This document shows, in pieces, positions 24,663 through 36,972 of a stretch of 60,000 nucleotides of DNA. The DNA is from Mobula hypostoma (taxonomy: Eukaryota). The notes beneath the pieces were generated by a model. It had not been told where the DNA came from, did no database searches, and worked only from the letters and a program-made list of their open reading frames with translations. The translations under genes and the position numbers were made by a program. Location of the stretch: assembly GCF_963921235.1 (NCBI RefSeq), contig NC_086097.1, positions 149,546,001-149,606,000 on the forward strand, written 5' to 3'. Within the stretch, counting starts at the first letter, position 1. Every line of letters starts with the position of its first letter.

Positions 24663-25455
24663 CAGCGGATTCCGGTTAATTAGGACACATTGGGACTAGA
24701 ACATTTTAGCCCAACTAAGCTGCTGCCCCAATTAGTCAAAATTTCGTGGAAAAAGATATAAAGGTATAAAAAATGCAAACTACCATTTAAACTGAGTAAC
24801 AAATTATGTACTTGAATGAAATACAGTACAAATTAGAATACTACCAATACTACTGGGTATTAGTTCCTAATAGATCCCGAAGGAGGAATTCATCCAGTGT
24901 CTGCTGCTGTGTTCTTTTGAGTAACTGTAAATGAACAAAATCACTGCCTTCATGCAATGTTTTCAGCAATTGCATCCTCCAAATCTTCATTTGCATTGTA
25001 ACATTCAAGATGATTGTCAATACCCTCAAATTCTTCATTGCTCCTATCTTGCTGAACTGATGAAATCATTTCATTTTCACTCCCGGCCATTTCTGGCATC
25101 TCCAAGCCTGAATACTTGAAACCCCAGTGAGCAAAAGTGTTCAGAATTGTCTTAATGCTTATTTCTTGCTAACTATCAATGAAAAAGGTATCTGATTTTT
25201 AAACAAAAATGCTCGCTATTGACGTTATTTTAAAAACTGTTCACTCTAAGCATGATGTAGTGTCCAACATCCGCACAAGTGCAATCTTATTTAGAAACTG
25301 TTTGGCAAGTTTCCAGTCCCAATTAAACTGCATACTGTCCCAAATAAACGAAGTGAATCCTGACTATTTTTCTGATTAGTTTTTGCTCTTTAAGAGTTGT
25401 CCCAAATAAGCTGCTGCCCTGATAAACCGATGGCCCAATTCACCGGAACCCACTG
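24663..25455 (-). mobile_element. pogo/Tigger-like DNA transposon, internally deleted
   Basis: TA|cagcggattccggttaatt ... aattcaccggaacccactg|TA TIRs. Minus-strand transposase C-terminal remnants DS*QEISIKTILNTFAHWGFK and QQTLDEFL. Confidence 0.75.
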
Positions 25456-26613
25456 TATTTTCATTTTGTCCTTTACTGAAGACAGATTGAATTTAAGGAA
25501 GTAGAAATTACAGTGCAAATCTCAACACAGATTAATTTTCTATGAATGGTTCAAAAATATATGAAAACTCCAACATGTTGACATTATTCCTAATTCTAAA
25601 CTTAATTTTATACTTTATTTGAACCAAAGTAAATTTAAGAAATTCTAATCTGTGTTTTGTAATTTGGGGATGTTGTATTCATTACAAAGTTTAATAGCTG
25701 CCAAACAACAAAGAAAGCTTGTCTGATTTTTACTCTAATTTTGGTGATATATTTTACATCCCTAATTGCACTCTGCTGGTGGCAAACACAGGAATTCCAT
25801 CCTTTGGTATCATTTAATGTTCATCTTGACTGATCTGACAGGAGCATCTGGTAGCATTTTGCATTAACTCTGAAACAGAGATACTCTGATGCATTTATTG
25901 GCTACTCCATCTGTTCTTAACAGCTCTTACATCACCACTTTGAAATGGGCAAAGTTTACTATTTATAGATCTGGAAAACTTCAATATCTCCAATTGTGCT
26001 TCCATTGATACAATAACCGAGATCCAAAATTTGGTCAAAGGAATGAACCACTTTTAATAGAACTCTGAATCAAGCCATGGTATTAGAATGCATTTTTGAC
26101 TCAGCTGCTAACTGCTAAATGTGCTACAAGTTCGGCAATATGTCCTCCACTTGGAAAATTATTTTTTTTTTCTGATTTATGGTGAAAAAGAACTGCTGAA
26201 GGAATCTTGCACAATGGAACCATTCCACATAGATCAGGAAAGATGGAGATTGAACTGTATATCGAACTTCAGCTAAGTGAGAATTTGAGTGATGGGTAAA
26301 GAGATATAAGAGTAAAATCAGCCAGAGTTCCAATTATTTGTCTATTGCTCTGTAGAAAATACATCCAAGAGGAATTTAGTTGAGAATCCAAAATAGTAGT
26401 AATTAAGCTTCCACAACTATAGAAGTGTTATCTGTTAGCACTCACTGTTGAATCCATGCAAGCCGAATAATTGCATGGGTGAGGTATTGCATATAGCATC
26501 TGCAAAACAGCTGGTGACTTCATGGTGGGGGGGGGGAATAAAATCAGAGTTGTAAAGATCAGTCTCTTGGGTTATGAACAATGCACTAATTTGCCTCTTT
26601 TTTTTATTTGCAG

Positions 26614-26679
26614 TAAGTCAATGGAATCCTGTGCTCAACATGTGTCCAGAAGTTAGCCTTCCACCACTTCCTCAAAAAG
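26614..26679 (+). CDS. TG: Thyroglobulin exon (exon 35 equivalent)
   Basis: ttgcag|...|gtacac, 66 bp, phase 1-1. Encodes VSQWNPVLNMCPEVSLPPLPQK, similar to human ...FCPLVVLPSLTEK. Confidence 0.88.
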
Positions 26680-28279
26680 GTACACTCAAAAAATGTTTAT
26701 ACTTGCCAACTTTCCTTGCTCAATTATACAATTGGCATAAAGATTTGAAGGATAAAGAAGATTAAAGTTGGAGAGAAAGAAATGTTATACATGATGCACA
26801 ATCTGGTCTAATCCCTTTATTTAGACAACGTGGTTCATGGTGTAACTGCACAATTTCTTTTTCTGGGTGATGCTCTGCTCACTGTGGGATGACAATGTAT
26901 ACTGAACTTCCGGTCCCTGTTAGCTAATCCCATTACAAGCTCCCATAATTTAAGGGTGAACAATAAGTATTTATATGGGAGCCTGCACTCCAAATTAGGC
27001 AGACAGAAACATTACAATAAATATGATTTAACACTTCAGGTGGGAGACCTTAATCAAGGTGTTCATTTTCCATTTATGGTTGATGCCGATGACCAACCAC
27101 ACTGGTTAAGCAACTTCTCAGCACCCAGATGTAAGTTTCACTTTGAATTGCAGAACATTCCAACTTTAAAGGATGCTGTTGTTTGTCATTATCATTAAGC
27201 CAAAATTCTGGAATTCTATTCCCAGCAACATTGTGAGAGAATTTTTACAATAAATTTCACAAGCTTTCTAAACACGAGCGCAATGAATGCAGCAAAGAAG
27301 TTATGCTATAATTGTTTGAATTATACTTAGCAAGCTGAAACATTTGTTTTATGAAAGGAAGAGCATGAAGGAAATGAATCATTTTCTGAAAGAAAGTCAG
27401 AAGCCTCCCAGTTATACTCTATAGCCTTTGCCAGCCTTCATTTTGGTTAAGGCTCCCCCTTTCTTAGGGAAACCACATAAAACAATAGTTCCTACCCACT
27501 GTAACAATGTGATATACCACAGACAATGCGTACATTATTTACCTTGACAAAAGAAAACCACCACTTCCTGGTAAAGGTTCCACCATAATTCAAAGAGGTA
27601 CATAACAAAACCACAAGAATGAAGTCTAGCAATTGTTGCTCTAATTTGATTGGTCACCATTAATTTCTTTTGTCCATTTGGGTTGTAAAATAGTTCTCTA
27701 ATCTTAAATACTGTATATGAGCTAAGATCCCAAAGTCAATTGGCTAAATGTAATTTTTCTGGTCTGATATTTACAATATTGAATAATGGATAAAGGAGAA
27801 GAACTTAATTTCAATTCCTCAGAACTTCCAAAGCAGTTTAGAACTAATAAAATATCTTCTAAGGTGCATTTATTGGAATGTCTCCAATTTGCAGATGGCA
27901 AGGGGATAATTATGTGCTTCAGTGATGTGAACTAAGGGATGATTATTCTCCAGCAGCACAGCAGAATCATTTCAGTTTTCAGAGACTACCATTTTGGTTA
28001 TTTAAGACCACGTGAGATGGTGGTAAAAAACCTTAATTTAACTTCCAAAAGGAAAAGTGAGAACTTTGGCAGAGCAGCAATGCATATTGCCTTGGTATTT
28101 ATTATGTGTCTGTCTCTGAAATTAATAATTGCTTGGACTCTTAACTTTTGGTTCAGAAGTAAAAGTGTTACAAGTGAGCCCCAGCTATCTCCTAATACAA
28201 GCCATGTAATCTGAAACTGGTGGCTCACTCCCACTGCAGTCTCCAGCAAAATGGTACTGATGACCATCTGGTAGTGTCT

Positions 28280-28915
28280 AATTGATAGTGATGAAAATTG
28301 GAAAAGGTGAAACAATAGGTTAGCTTCCTCTATGGGTTACTACCGTTCATTTCTTTGGGCAGTGAATACAAGATCAGGGAGGTTTTACTCTGACTTTATG
28401 AAACGTTAGTCAGACTTCAGCTGGAGTACTGTGTACAGTTCCGATCACCACAGTATAGGAAGTGTTATATCACTGGAGAAGGTACAGAGGAGATTTACCA
28501 GGATCTTACCTGGGATTGAGCATTTCAGTTATGTGGAAAGCATAGAGGGGCTAGGTCATTTTCCCTGGAGTGAAGGTTAATTGAGTAATATAAAATTATG
28601 AAGAGTACAGATGGGATAGACTGTGGAAACTTCTTTGTACCAGAGGTAGATAGAAGTAGAGGAAGGGGTGAGGGATTTAGAGGGGATCAAGGGGGGACCT
28701 GTTCCACCCAGAAGTGTTAAGTGCCCTGATACACTGACTGAAAGAATGATGGAAGCAGAATCGATGACAGCATCTATGAAGTGTTTAGATGAGCACTTGA
28801 ATCACTTAGGCTTAGAAGATTACAGGCCAAGTTCTGGGTGAGGGATTAATACAAATAAATGCCCACTGGTCAGCAAAGGTGTGGGAAGAATGGCTTGTTT
28901 CCATCTTCTATGACT
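28280..28915 (+). mobile_element. Old CR1 LINE 3' fragment
   Basis: ctggagtactgtgtacagtt (LEYCVQF) and gtacagaggagatttaccaggat (VQRRFTR) motifs. Confidence 0.7.
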
Positions 28916-29419
28916 CTCTCATAATCTCTCAAATCATCAGTCTGTAGCATTACAACTATGTAATAAAGCTCTTAGTGGAAAATCAATGTCACTGGCGGAT
29001 GACTACAGCCATATCTTACTGTTGTCAATTGTATGCCATTATTTTAGGAAATGTTAACGATTTCCGATGGTTTCAGCTTCCTGGCATGGGATGCACTGTA
29101 GGTTTTACCATCTTATCCTGAACTATTGCTGAAGCCCCACAGAGGAACTATTGAAGCATACAATCCTAGCCTTTCCTGCATCAACAAATTTGGCCTTCAG
29201 GTTGCCAGAGGTAACAATTGCCATCAGACAGCTTTCTGGTCTGTGTGGTTTACCAGCTGAGATTAGAAAGACTTGTATTTCAATAGCAATCTTCCCATCC
29301 CTTTCTGGAGGTCACAAGGTGCAGTCAGTGAAGCTACCTTGAAGTCTAATTGCAATGAAGGAAATAAGCCAATGTAAGTGTATCGAGCTCCCATAAGCAG
29401 CAATGCAATAATGACTAAG

Positions 29420-29660
29420 TAATGTAATGTTGATCGAGGGATCAATATGGGTGAGGGGATGGACTGCAATTTGACTCCTCTGAAATGTTTTCAAATGATT
29501 TTTATATCTGCCTGAGAGACCAGATGGAGCTTGAGTTTAACATTTTAACCAAAAGTCGGAGCTTCTAGCAACACAGCATTCTCGCTAGAGTTCCAGTCTA
29601 GGTCTTTATGCTCAGTTTTCCAGAGCATAACACGTACCCACAGCCATCAGACACAGAAAC
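29420..29660 (-). mobile_element. Degenerate Deu-domain SINE (SacSINE/AmnSINE-like)
   Basis: Resembles the recalled Deu core (cctgagag..cagatggag..gtttaacat..). Similar relics lie near 15040-15220 and 9780-10110. Confidence 0.4.
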
Positions 29661-29939
29661 AATTTTGATTACTACTGACATAATTAGAAATGTTAATTTC
29701 ATTGTGTACAGTATATGCAAGTTATGGGTATTTTAGCCTGGAAGATATATTTCTTTTAAAAACTTCTCTTTTTATTCATCTCCCTTTCTTCTTTTCCCCT
29801 GCTCTCTATCTTTCATTTCACCTTTTTGTCACAACATTCTTGGAATTGGAATATGGGTACCCTGTCTTATCCAGAAAATTGCTAAGGGTCGACGGTGATG
29901 TGCCAAATTTCTTTAGCCTCCTGAGGAAGTACAGTAGAG

Positions 29940-31129
29940 CAGTGGTCCCCAACCACCGGGCTGCGGACCGGTACCGGGCCGCAAGGAAACGATATGATTT
30001 GGCGATACGAGTCAGCTGCCCCTTTCCTCATTCCCTGTCACGCACTGTTGAGCTTGAACGTACGCGAGGTTATTACACATGAGCCACCCATGTCAGCGCG
30101 GGAAGGAGATCAACTCCTCGAGCTTGCAAATGACGGTGGGCTGAAAAGTATGTTTGACATAACATCTCTGCCGGCATTCTGGATCAAAGGCAAGGCTAAA
30201 TATCCTGAGATAGCCACGAAAGCACTGAAAATGTTGGTTCCATTTCCAACATATCTCCGCAATGAATGCAACGAAAACTAAATTGTGGAATAGACTGGAC
30301 ATAAGGAACCCCCTTCGAGTATCGCTGTCTCCCATCACCCCTCGATGGCACCGTCTTGTAGCAGGAAAACAAGTATTCAGCCCAGGGCTCCCACTAATTC
30401 AGCGATATTGGTGTGTTGCAATGATTTTGTATGTTCATACGAGGAAAATATGCGGTGTGTGTTTAATATCCAAACATTACTTAAAATGTTATGATGCTAT
30501 TGACTTTTATAACCATATAACAATTACAGCACGGAAACAGGCCATCTCTGCCCTTCTAGTCCATGCTGAACGCTACTCTCACCTCGTTCCACCAACCTGC
30601 ACTCAGCCCATAACCCTCCTTTCCTTTCCTGTCCATATAGCTGTCCACTTTAACTTTAAGTGATAATATGGAACCTGCCTCTACCACTTCTACTGAAGTT
30701 CGTTCAACACTTCAAGCTCCCCTGTCCTCCCCTGATAATTGGCTTATTGGTATATCCATGCAAGGAAAATATGCGCTGTGTGTTTAATATAAAATTCGTT
30801 AGATAATCCCTTTTAGAAACGAAATTGAGTGTATTAGCCACTTATCACCTATGTTCCAGTCATGATTAACACTTCCCCCAAACAGAATTGTCAAAAACAA
30901 TTTTTTAAAAATCGGCACGTACACACACGTGCAAATTACGCACGCGCACTGGTGCTAGCGCAAGGCTTCATGGTCATTGTAGACTTTCTCGGGGTAAACA
31001 CAATGTATTTGACTGCTACTCTTGTATGTTGGTAACCCTAACCCATCCCCCCCGCCCCGGTCGGCTGGTCCGCAAGAATATTGTCAATATGAAACCGGTC
31101 CGCAGTGCAAAAAAGGTTGGGGACCCCTG
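29940..31129 (+). mobile_element. hAT Charlie3/MER1-like element, internally deleted
   Basis: TIRs cagtggtccccaacc / ggttggggacccctg and perfect 8-bp TSD cagtagag (29932-29939, 31130-31137). Transposase C-terminus LLELANDGGLKSMF...FWIKGKAKYPEIATKALK...TKTKLWNRLD...LRVSLSPITPRWHRLVAGKQ. Confidence 0.92.
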
Positions 31130-31317
31130 CAGTAGAGGTACTGCATTTCAGAACTTAAGAGTTAATGAGGACAAGGGAACACACACTCAATACTACTCTC
31201 ACTTGGATCACTTAAGGCATTATGAGTTAAGTGACTATATGTTTCCACTTCATGATGTTGATGTTTGCTGTTGTTATCATTATTGCTATTATTATTATGA
31301 CTATATTTTGTTTGCAG

Positions 31318-31461
31318 TTTCACTGAATCATTGGCAAATGCTGAAGGTGCCTCCAGTCCTTGACTCGGCAATGACCTCCTTTGATATTTTACACATCAGC
31401 AGCTATACCCCTGTAGTGACTGAAAACTTCATGAACAATGCCAGAGACTGGTGCCTGTCAG
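31318..31461 (+). CDS. TG: Thyroglobulin exon (exon 36 equivalent)
   Basis: ttgcag|...|gtaaac, 144 bp. Encodes VSLNHWQMLKVPPVLDSAMTSFDILHISSYTPVVTENFMNNARDWCLS, similar to human VSLDSWQ...FDVAHVS...RDLCLS. Confidence 0.93.
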
Positions 31462-33410
31462 GTAAACACACCATGCTACTGAAATACAGAGCATTCAAAA
31501 CATTTACAGTACAATATATTACTGAATTCCCTAAACTGATTTAGTGAGTCGAACTTTGTAACCCTAAATGCATGTAGACTGCCAGCAAGGCTGTCTTAAA
31601 CGTGTCCACAGATTTCTATCAAATGTTAGCTCACTTATGGAAGAACTCTTAGCAGGTAACAGTCCCCAACAATGCAGACGCAAGAAACTGTGTGAGGCCA
31701 CACTGTAAGACAGATGAGAAGGGTGCAGAAGGGTACCAGCGTGTTGCCTGATTTAGACAAATTAGAGTTATAGGAAGAAATTGGAATGACTAGGCTTATT
31801 TCCTGAGGAAAAAGACTGAGGAGTGACCTGAAGAATTGGAAGTGGAATTGGTTTATTATTGAAACATGTTCCGAGGTACAGTGAAAAGCTTGTCTTGTCT
31901 ACTGTTCATATAGATCAATGTCCAGGCTGAGAGGGATGACGTCAGCTGCTTTAGTGAGGCAGTGAGAAGTTCAGACAGAATCCCTGGAAGGGACATTGTT
32001 TTCTGTGATGTTCTGAGCTGTGGCCACAACTGTCTCCAGAAATATACAAGGGTAGGAGAAGCACAGATCGAACAGATATCTCAAGGTTGAAATATCAAAA
32101 ATAAGAGGGCATAGGCTAAAGATGAGAAGGTGAAGTTTTGCCAGGGATCTGAAGGATTAGTTGTTTTGCACAGATAGTGATTGAACTTTGCAAAATGCTT
32201 CCAGAGGAGATGTTTGAGTCATATAAAATATTATGCTCAAGAGCTATTCAAACAGATTCTTAAATAGGCATGGCATGGAAGCATAGAGAGGCAAAACGAT
32301 AGGCCAAATATTGCATTTCTGTGCTTTATGAATCTATTACCCTAAACTGCCTTTGACAGCAAGCCATGATTAGCGCCCAGGGTAGCAGAAAGGAGGCTTG
32401 GAAAGATTGAAGTCAATGGGCATCATGGAAACATATTCCAATTGTTGGAAATGTATCTCAAATCAAGGAAGATGGTTGTACAGTAGATATTGAGGAATAA
32501 TTATCTTAACCCTAGAATATCACTGCTACTGTCCCTCATAGCAGTGTCCTAGGCTGAACCATCATTGACCTTCCCAAATTGTATCTGAGCTCATGCTATA
32601 CAATTTCATGTGGATCTCCTCAGCCAATAAAGCAGTCTGGGCCCTATTATATTGAGTCTTAGGCAACGTATAGACTCAGACAACATCTACAAGCACACAA
32701 ATGTGGAGTTAGGTGGAATGTCCTCACATGTCTGGATGGGTTCCATATATCTCCAATAACTCTCTGGTGGATTGATACTTTCTAGGGCAAAGCAGCTCAG
32801 CTGAGTAGTGTCCACTCTATCATTTCATTCTATTAAATTCCAGAATGCATATTCTCACTCTACGTACTTTCAAAGAATAATTCTTTCACGAGGGATCAAT
32901 TAGTGATTTATGTTGCACACCTCTAAGGTAGTTATCTCCTTCCTTAGATATGAAGATGAAAATTTCTCCAACTACACTGACTCTCATTTGACCAAAGTCT
33001 TACGTAACTGCAGCAGGATATCATAACAATGACTACTACCCCATTTGTCTCCAAAATTACTTGACCTTGTACCACAAAGGGAGCAGTTCGGTACTATTGC
33101 TATGGGCATGCTATCGCAGCCTTCAGTATTGAGTAAGCTCAAAGCCTCGGGTGTTACTGAATCAATGTTGCATTATTTACTCTATGTATTGCCAGAGATT
33201 GCTGCTTTATGCTGAGGGAGCATCAGGCCTTGACTGCAGAGTCAGAACAATTAGGCATTAAGATGTTTAGTTTCATGGTTCAAGCTAACTGAGGGAAATG
33301 CGGTTTGAAACAGGTAGGTGGATTGGATTTTGATTCAAAGGAAAGAAGAGAAGCAATGGGACAGAAATGAGCCCAAAGAACTATAAGCAAGGAATATTCA
33401 CTCCCATTAC

Positions 33411-34470
33411 ATTAAGTGCCCATGGTATTACAGGAAAGTTACTGGCATAGTTGGAGCTTTGGTTTATTGGTAGGAATAGTGAGTGGGAATAAGAGGATCC
33501 TTTTCTCGTTGTCTGCCAGTGACTAGTGGTGTTCCACAGGGGTCGGTGTTGGGACTGCTTTTTTTCATGCTGTATATAAATGATTTAGATGATGGAATAG
33601 ATGGCTTTGTTGCCAAGTTTGCTGATGATACAAAGATCTGTGGAGGGGCAGGTTGTGTTGAAGAAACAGGTAGGATGCAGAAGGACTTAGACAGATTAGG
33701 AGAATGGGTAAGAGAATGGCAAGTGAAATACAATTTTGGAAAATGTATGGTCATACACTTTGGTAGAAGAAATAAGTGTGTAGACTATTTTCTAAACAGG
33801 GAGAAAATCAAAAAATCTGAGATGCAAAGGAACTTGGGAGTCCTTGTGCAGAACACCAGAAAAGTTAACTTGCAGGTAGAGTTGGTAATGAGGAAGGCAA
33901 ATGCAATGTTAGCAATAATTTCAAGAGGTCTTGAGGACAAGAACAGGGATGTGATGCTGAGGCTTTATAGGCACTGGTGAGGCCTCGCGTTGAGTATTGT
34001 GAATAGTTCTGGGCTCCTCATCTAAGGTAAGATGTGCTGGCATTGGAGAGGGGTCAGAGGTGGTTCACAAGGATGATTTTGGGAATGAAAGGGTTATCAT
34101 ATGAGGAACGTTTGATGGCTCTGGGTCTGTACTCACTGGAATTTAGAAGGATGGGGGGTGGGTGTTTCACTGAAACCTTTTAAATGTTGAAAGGCCTAGA
34201 CAGAGTAGATGCCTCAGGATGGTGGGGCATCCATTTAAAGAGAAATTTCTTTAGCCAGAGGGTGGTGAATTTGTGGAATTTGTTACCACAGGTAGCTGTG
34301 GAGGGCAGATTGTTAGGTGTACATAGCAGAGATTGATAGATTCTTGATTGGACATGACATCAAAGGTTCTGGGGAGAAGGCCGGGGAGTGGGGCTGAGGA
34401 GGGGGAAACATGGATCAGCCATGATTGAATGGCGAAGCAGATGGCCTAATTCTGCTCCTGTGTTTATGGT
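33411..34470 (+). mobile_element. CR1 LINE 3' fragment
   Basis: ORF 33483-33980 with SGVPQGSVLG and KFADDTK RT motifs. Confidence 0.9.
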
Positions 34471-34765
34471 GTTCCTGAAATGGTGTGACTTGACCTTGGA
34501 AATAGTTAAATTATTCTGATGTTATTCTGGTCCAGAGAGAATGATATTTTTTTGCCTACCATTGTTATCTACTAATTATTTAGGCTACTTTGATTCTTAT
34601 ATTACTAACCAAAATGAGTAATTTCAGTTTTCATGCAAGTGCAGATGATTTGCCACTCTTGTTGATTTGCTCAGTGATGCTCTAGCAGGTGTAGAAGCCC
34701 CAATTACTATTTCCATGAAGGGGGCATATTAATTGGGCACCTGTTTATGCTTCTTTCTCATACAG

Positions 34766-34930
34766 CTTGTGCCTCCAATCGCACTTGTGCCTCAGTTTCT
34801 CTTCATCGTCAGTCATCAGGGATCAGATGTATCTTTTATCCTGACACACACAGCTGTCAACTCAGATTACAAGGCCATCACTGTCGAACACTGCTTAAGG
34901 AGGCTGCAGATGTGGTCTATCACAGGAAAT
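34766..34930 (+). CDS. TG: Thyroglobulin exon (exon 37 equivalent, last type-3 repeat)
   Basis: atacag|...|gtgagt, 165 bp, phase 1-1. Encodes ACASNRTCASVSLHRQSSGIRCIFYPDTHSCQLRLQGHHCRTLLKEAADVVYHRK. Confidence 0.96.
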
Positions 34931-35439
34931 GTGAGTATGAGCAAAGTTCTTGAGGTTTGGTGCTGTGTAATTATTTTATATATTTCCCCAACCCAAGATG
35001 CATATATCTTCCTTCCAGGCATGTGCATACTCATACTGTGTACAATGTCATTGATGTAAACAACTAACTGGAACATGCAAATTGATCACTTATCAAAAAT
35101 AAGCTCAGACTGCATGTTTTGACACCCAGGCAGTCTTTAATAGCAAGTGATTAGTTCTTGGTTAAAAATAGTTGTGTTTTTTTTCATAGTATACTGATGC
35201 TGAAGATAACTGTTGCGCTCTTATCATGATTGTTTTCTGCAAATAACTAATGCAACCTTAGGTTAAGGTTTGGCAGTCTCTCCTGATCTGAATGGCACGC
35301 TAGCAATGTGCAGAGTAATTACAGTGGTGAGGAATCAGCGTTGGTAACAAAACGTGAGAAGGGGAGCTGCCAATCAGAAATGAGAACTGCTTGTCTGACT
35401 ACACTTTCTCCCACTATATTGTAAGGATTCTTCCATTTC

Positions 35440-36330
35440 TCCAGTTCTATCCAGATCTTGTTCTGATTTCACTGGTGCTTATGAAATGTCTCCTTTTTCC
35501 CTTAACTCTGGCTTCCTTCTACCAAAGCTTATGGATCTCTCAGCCAGATCTGGCCCATTTCTTGAACTTCTGCTCTCAGTTGCTCTCCATTGCTCTCCTT
35601 CCTCTCCCTGCAAGGATTGGGTTCCCCTTGTCCTCAACATCGACCCTAACAGCATTCACATTCAAGATATAATCTTCTGGAATTTCTGCCGCTTTTGATC
35701 ACATGCAATCACCAGCCTCGACTTCCCTCTCTGTTGAGGGTTGGGCAAGGAGAGTTGCACTCCTCTGCAACTCCCTTGTTCACTCTTTCATGTCCACTGG
35801 TACACACTCCCCTTGCACCATTACATGTACCTGCAGGTAATATATCACTTGCCCTTTTACCATTTCCCTTCCTATGATCCAAGCAGTCTTTCCAAGTAAG
35901 ATGACAACTTACCTGAATTTCTTCCAATGTGGTGTACTGGATTCAGGTTTCACTGCGTGATCTCTTCTACATGGGAGAAAGTAAGCACAGGTTGGGTGAC
36001 TTCTTTACAGAAGACTCCCAAATAGACCATAAGGTTAATCCTGAGCTTCCAGCTGTTTGTACCTTTATATCTCCATTCCTCTCCCACTCTGATGTCCCGA
36101 TCTTTGGCCTTCTGCAGTAAGTGCAATATAAATTCAAGGACTAGAAGTGTATCTTCTTTAAAGAGACATTCTGGGCCTCAGGCCACAATGTTGAATTCCA
36201 CAATTTCAGAATTTGCTTTTATAACTGCCCAGGAACTGGGCAGTTCTGATGTAAGGTTGTCAACTGTAATGTTTTCTGTCCACAGTAATTACTGTCCAGC
36301 TGGGCATTTTCAACATTTTCTTTCGTTTCA
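35440..36330 (+). mobile_element. Penelope-like relic
   Basis: VYWIQVSLRDLFYMGESKHRLGD (GIY-YIG remnant), homologous to 1-733. Confidence 0.6.
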
Positions 36331-36855
36331 AATTTCCAGCAGCGTCTGTGTTCGGAATCCCACAGTTCCAGCAGTTTGTTTATTTTGTCTCCTGATGTCC
36401 TCATTCATTTCACTTCTGCTCCTCCATACAGAGCACTATGATTAACGTTCATCACCCTCCCTTAGATGGGACCAACAGTACTTGTGCCCCCAAGATTCCC
36501 TTTCACTTCACCTTAGCACAGACATACCCTTTCTTTTCTCTTGCCCTTAAAATTTGTTTTCTCAAATTTCCAATTCTGAGGAAAGGTCATTGGCCGAAGC
36601 CAAAGACTTACTTTCCCTCTTCGCGGCAGATGCTGCCTGATTTGCTGAATATCTCAGGAATTTTCAGTTCCTATTTCAGCTTTGAATCAGCTGTAGTAGT
36701 TTGCTTTTAGACAACTTGTCTGGTTATTTTAGTGAAAGGCAACCCCACTAAAAACCATAGAACGCTGAGCTGTGATAAAATATAAGCACAATAGGTGGCC
36801 ACATGTTCAGTGCCACTTTTTGAGCAAGTTAAATATTGTTTGGTTTTTTTCCCAG

Positions 36856-36972
36856 CTTTAGGAGGGTCATGTGCAGGTCGCTGTGGGAACTATCAACCTG
36901 ACGAGGCCTGTCAGTGTAACTTAAAGTGTGAGGATTATGCAGATTGCTGTCCTGACATTCATGCCTGTACTG
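36856..36972 (+). CDS. TG: Extra exon encoding a somatomedin-B (SMB) domain, predicted to splice into thyroglobulin
   Basis: ttttttttcccag-type acceptor and |gtgagt donor, 117 bp, phase 1-1, matching both neighbours. Encodes SLGGSCAGRCGNYQPDEACQCNLKCEDYADCCPDIHACT with the 8-Cys SMB pattern SCxGRC-x8-CxC-x3-C-x5-CCxD-x3-C. Confidence 0.85.

Noticed and set aside
36856..36972. SMB exon as part of a separate nested gene, or using the alternative acceptor at 36861/36862
   Set aside because: No other vitronectin, PRG4 or ENPP-like exons were found in the window, and the phases fit TG exactly. The downstream AG would create T+GA, a stop codon.
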